Assembly: GCA_964508365.1 (NCBI GenBank)
Contig: CAZDTP010000024.1
Location: 1 to 52,815, forward strand
DNA from: an uncultured archaeon
GTDB lineage: Archaea; Asgardarchaeota; Lokiarchaeia; Sigyniarchaeales; SOKP01
DNA: 52,815 bases
Reading direction: 5' to 3'
The translations under genes and the position numbers were made by a program. The notes beneath the pieces are model-generated. The model did not search any database, was not told the DNA's origin, and saw nothing but the letters and a program-made list of their open reading frames with translations. The stretch's first letter is position 1. Every line of letters starts with the position of its first letter. Shown here piece after piece: positions 49,084-52,815 of this stretch.

Positions 49084-50976
49084 TCAATCTAATTCAAATG
49101 GAATAATTTCTTCTTTACCAGTTTTCTTTAGTAAACCAATCAATCCTGAACGTTGCATAAAAAGAATATCCCAGAAAAATTGAGGAATTTCTTTTTCTGC
49201 TTTATACATTTTCTCAATGCGGTTTAATTTTTCGAGTAAATAGTTAATTTTTATTGTAAATTGTTCAATATATTCTTCTTTGGGATACTCTTTATTTAGT
49301 TCTACTTTAAATAATGTCTTAAGGTCTTCATATTTAGGTAAATAGCCAACTGGTGTTTCAATAGCGTCAAAATCTCCTCTAGTACGCCCTTCCGCCCATA
49401 TTACCCAAACTTTTTTGTCTAATATACCATTTAAATATTTCCCGTCTTTGCCTTTAAGAAAGTAGTTTGTAGAGAATACTTGTGGGCAGTGTTTCAATTT
49501 TTTTCCAAAAGTATTGTGGTTATTTAAGTATTTCCCAAGAGGAACTACTAAGAAATCAAGGTTTGCCATTGGGCTTGCCATTCTAACGCCTGTTGCCCCA
49601 AGAGTTGCTGATGTCGTTTCAGATTCTATAGAAGCGCCTAAAAAAATCCCGTGCTCCCAGTTTAAGCTTTCTACAATAGGAGGCATTGTATCAGAATCTC
49701 TTCCTCCATAAAATATGCCGTGTATGGGTACACCATTAGGATCATCTAATTTAGGATCACAATTTGATAGATCGGTAAGCTTAATTGTATAGCGAGCATT
49801 TGGGTGAGCAAATGGTATAATATTTCCTTTTTCATCGGATATTCCATCGATCCATTGTCCATAATGGTTAAATCCATCTTTAGGAGGTTCAACACCCATA
49901 CCAAGCCAGTAAGGCTTCCCATCTTTTACGAGAACATTAGAAAAAATTAATTCTCTTGGGGTCATGAGAGCTTCATAAATTACAGGATCGTCTTTTGCAT
50001 TTACATCTTTTATAATTCCAAAGATCCCATTCTCAATATTAGCAGCATGTGCAAATCCATCGTCCCAAACTCGTAAATATGCGATATCATCACCAACAAT
50101 TTGTTGTCCAGGAAGCATTGCGGTAGATGTTTTTCCACATGCACTTGGAAAAGCCCCGGTAAAATAAGTCTCACGGTTTTTACCTTTCGGGCGAACTCCT
50201 AAAATAAAGTAGTGTTCCGTCAACCAATCTTCATTATTTGCCTTATAAATTGCTAATCTTAAAGCTAACTTCTTTAATCCAAGGGAATTACCCGCATATT
50301 GATTATTGACAGAGAGAACTCGTGATTCTTGCAGATCTATGAATATTCGCCTTTTTTCAATGTTTTTCGTTACAGGGGGATTACCAACAAGTTCTCCAGC
50401 AGAGTGTATAAAATAAAAGAAATTATCAGATCCATTTAATTCCTTGAACTCCTCGTATCCTTTTCTATACAAAAGGTCTTCAGAATGAGCTACATAGAAT
50501 GAATCTGTGAGTTGCAAAGCTCCGATAGTAAATTTAGAATTAATAGGTCCAAGGCAAAAAAATCTCACTAAACATTCTTTCCCTTTCATACATCCATCCA
50601 TAATTTCTAATATTTTTTCAAGTCCTTCATCTCTATCTATCGTGTTAATCCAAGGACTCCGATATTCCCCTTTTGGGATTAAAACTTTAGTGTTTTCTTT
50701 ATCTCTTGCTTGATCATAGAAGCTATCGTAGTGAATGGTGTGCCCTTTTATATTGAGGTTACTTTCTTCTCGAATAGAAAGTGTTTTTTGGACAACATAT
50801 TTAATATCCTCTTCAGAGTCAGAAATTACGGTTACTTTGCTAGGTTTGCACAAATCTACGAATTGTTTTATAATTTTTAAAACATAATCATTCTTTAAAG
50901 CAAATAATTTTTCAATATCTTGCTGAGAAATTAGATCTGTGCCAATAGATACTGCAAATTCTTCATTAAAATTCAT
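49084..50976 (-). CDS. pckG: Phosphoenolpyruvate carboxykinase (GTP)
   Basis: YAGNSLGLKK, AFPSACGKTSTAM, VGDDIA, HPNARY, YGGRD, FSTNYF. Confidence 0.96.
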   Translation of the reverse strand: MNFNEEFAVSIGTDLISQQDIEKLFALKNDYVLKIIKQFVDLCKPSKVTVISDSEEDIKYVVQKTLSIREESNLNIKGHTIHYDSFYDQARDKENTKVLIPKGEYRSPWINTIDRDEGLEKILEIMDGCMKGKECLVRFFCLGPINSKFTIGALQLTDSFYVAHSEDLLYRKGYEEFKELNGSDNFFYFIHSAGELVGNPPVTKNIEKRRIFIDLQESRVLSVNNQYAGNSLGLKKLALRLAIYKANNEDWLTEHYFILGVRPKGKNRETYFTGAFPSACGKTSTAMLPGQQIVGDDIAYLRVWDDGFAHAANIENGIFGIIKDVNAKDDPVIYEALMTPRELIFSNVLVKDGKPYWLGMGVEPPKDGFNHYGQWIDGISDEKGNIIPFAHPNARYTIKLTDLSNCDPKLDDPNGVPIHGIFYGGRDSDTMPPIVESLNWEHGIFLGASIESETTSATLGATGVRMASPMANLDFLVVPLGKYLNNHNTFGKKLKHCPQVFSTNYFLKGKDGKYLNGILDKKVWVIWAEGRTRGDFDAIETPVGYLPKYEDLKTLFKVELNKEYPKEEYIEQFTIKINYLLEKLNRIEKMYKAEKEIPQFFWDILFMQRSGLIGLLKKTGKEEIIPFELD

Positions 50977-51166
50977 TTCAAACCTAAAATAACATTATCA
51001 ATTTCAGATTTTTTATATTTTTGAAAATAACAAAAACCAATACATTAAAAAGTGAAAAAATTTTTAAAAGCCTTTCTAAATCCAAGAAAAATTGATTTTT
51101 TATAATAAATGTTCAAAGATATTAAGGTAAAGAAAAAAATTAAAAAAATTAGAAAATTCAACTAGA

Positions 51167-52756
51167 TTAACCTAATCCAGGAGGTTTACTGCCTTTAGCA
51201 CTGATAATTCTATCTACTCTTAAAATAAGATTTGCTAATTCGCTTCCTGCTTTTATAACATGCTTAATTAATGCCGCTGGTTCAATTATCCCTTTCTCGA
51301 AATTATTTCCTATCTCGTTAGTTATAGTATCAATCCCTTGCCACTTATCACTTTCAGTTTTGTGAGCAGCACGCAGCTCTGTCATATTTTCGATTTCATC
51401 TAACCCTGCATTTTTGATCAATGTTTTAGGAATTTCTTCTAAAGCAATTGCAAAAGCATTTACAGCTAGTTGTTCTTTACCGCTAATTTCATTGGCAAAT
51501 TCTCTTAATCTTTTTGCTAATTCAATGTAAATTGCGCCACCACCAGCTACTACTTCTTTAGTATCCATAACTTTAGCAACAACTGAAAGTACGTCATTTA
51601 ACGAAATTTCTGCGGAGCTTAAGATTTTATCTAGTCCCCCTTTAAGTAGTATTGACACGGATTTAGGATTTTTGCATCCAGTAAAGAGGACGTACTCATC
51701 TTTTCCGAGTTTTTGGAACTTGACATTTTCTGCAAAACCTAGATCTTCCTCAGATAAAGAATGAAGATCATCAACTGTATTAGCACCAATAGCTTTCGTT
51801 ACAGCCTTCATATCAGATTCGCTGAGGTTCTTTACTGCAGCAATTCCTTCTTTAGCCAAATAAGCTCCAAATTTATCAGAAACATCTTTATTGTTGACTA
51901 TCATAGTAACTCCTAAATCTTTAAAGATCTTCAAGTAGTCTATCAGAATCTTTTCTTCTTGATCGAGGAATTTCTGAATGTCCGCAGGATTTGATATTCG
52001 AATTTGAGCATCGAATTCAGTTTTAACAACATCTAATTTTCTCCGAATAACTGCTATTTTCGCATTTTTAATTACTTCTGGCATTGCTGAATTGACTTTT
52101 TCTTTTTCGATGTAGACACCATTAATTAACTCAGAGTCTCTTAAAGATTTTCCAGGTGTTTTGACGATTTTAACATTTCCTACTTTCGAGAACGTATTAC
52201 CATCATCTCCTTTTATGTGTTTGATGGCTTTTAATGCTAATTCCGCAAAATAGTCTTTTATACCTACTATATCTTTAGAATTCATAGCAGTTTTCGCAGC
52301 ATCAATGAGAATTTTATCATCGTCGGGAGAGATTTTCTCCGCAATCTCACTTAATATCTTTAAGGCTTTATCTGCTGCTAACTTGTAACCATGAGTAATT
52401 GGCTTTGGATGAATACCTTGTTCAACCAACTCAAGAGCATTTCCCAATAAGGCTGCTGAAAAGATAACAACAGTTGTGGTGCCATCACCAATATCCTCAT
52501 CAATAGATTTAGCAATATTGACCATCATGTTTGCAGCAACATTATCTATATCAAGTAATTTAAGTATTTCAGCACCATCATTAGTAATTGTAACATCTCC
52601 TACAGAATCCACAAGCATTTTATTCATGCCTTTTGGTCCAAGAGTGGATTTTACGGTTTCAGTAATTGCCGTGATTGCATTAATATTTTGCATCCTAGCT
52701 TCTTTCTCTCTCGTTTCCTCAGTGCCTTCTTTTAAAATAATTATAGGAACAGACAT
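51167..52756 (-). CDS. Thermosome (group II chaperonin) subunit
   Basis: TLGPKGMNKM, TNDGAEIL, GDGTTT, GGGA, IIEPA. Confidence 0.96.
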   Translation of the reverse strand: MSVPIIILKEGTEETREKEARMQNINAITAITETVKSTLGPKGMNKMLVDSVGDVTITNDGAEILKLLDIDNVAANMMVNIAKSIDEDIGDGTTTVVIFSAALLGNALELVEQGIHPKPITHGYKLAADKALKILSEIAEKISPDDDKILIDAAKTAMNSKDIVGIKDYFAELALKAIKHIKGDDGNTFSKVGNVKIVKTPGKSLRDSELINGVYIEKEKVNSAMPEVIKNAKIAVIRRKLDVVKTEFDAQIRISNPADIQKFLDQEEKILIDYLKIFKDLGVTMIVNNKDVSDKFGAYLAKEGIAAVKNLSESDMKAVTKAIGANTVDDLHSLSEEDLGFAENVKFQKLGKDEYVLFTGCKNPKSVSILLKGGLDKILSSAEISLNDVLSVVAKVMDTKEVVAGGGAIYIELAKRLREFANEISGKEQLAVNAFAIALEEIPKTLIKNAGLDEIENMTELRAAHKTESDKWQGIDTITNEIGNNFEKGIIEPAALIKHVIKAGSELANLILRVDRIISAKGSKPPGLG

Positions 52757-52815
52757 CTTTGTTTTTACCTTTTTTTTTTATTTTTGTAAATTTAAAATCA
52801 TTGCAATTTTTAATG

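Noticed and set aside
592-50713. Numerous 60-170 aa ORFs antisense to or nested in long genes (for example 592..927, 8259..8576, 27010..27525, 38503..38856)
   Set aside because: Shadow ORFs of well-supported genes with no recognisable motifs.
1-52815. Genome-wide reassignment of TAA or TAG
   Set aside because: Both codons end many full-length conserved genes here (for example dapF and lysA TAA; radical SAM and hdrA TAG).
1-52815. CRISPR arrays, rRNA genes, IS elements
   Set aside because: No regularly spaced repeats, rRNA-like sequence or transposase ORFs seen.

Overview
AT-rich archaeal chromosomal window. Gene content (CdhD, HdrA/MvhD, thermosome, Cdc48, small GTPases, a Loki-CTERM-like tail, frequent TTG/GTG starts) suggests Asgard archaea, probably Lokiarchaeia; this is inference. 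It holds about 45 CDS and one tRNA-Pro(UGG), and I saw no CRISPR array, rRNA or transposase. Main modules: cdhD at the left edge, DAP lysine genes (dapF-lysA, dapA-dapB), an Hsp20-like/Cdc48/Phr-like heat-shock cluster, two metV-metF pairs (one at the end of a large hdrA-hdrA-mvhD-hdrA/mvhD operon with a divergent FrhB-like gene), PEPCK and a thermosome subunit. Top finding: cdhD is interrupted by a 36-nt insert (349..384, minus strand) with two in-frame TAA stops. The insert folds into a relaxed bulge-helix-bulge motif, and the standard cut positions exactly restore the conserved DPTCATLGYG motif, making it a candidate tRNA-type intron in a central-metabolism mRNA. Other signals: an hdrA/mvhD junction whose TAA is in exact register with the fused paralog (possible ATT start), a 43-bp direct repeat flanking a 1.9-kb cassette, two genes with single in-frame stops, and a TTGACA-N9-TGTCAA operator candidate. 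Family assignments come from recognising motifs by eye; no searches or folding programs were run.
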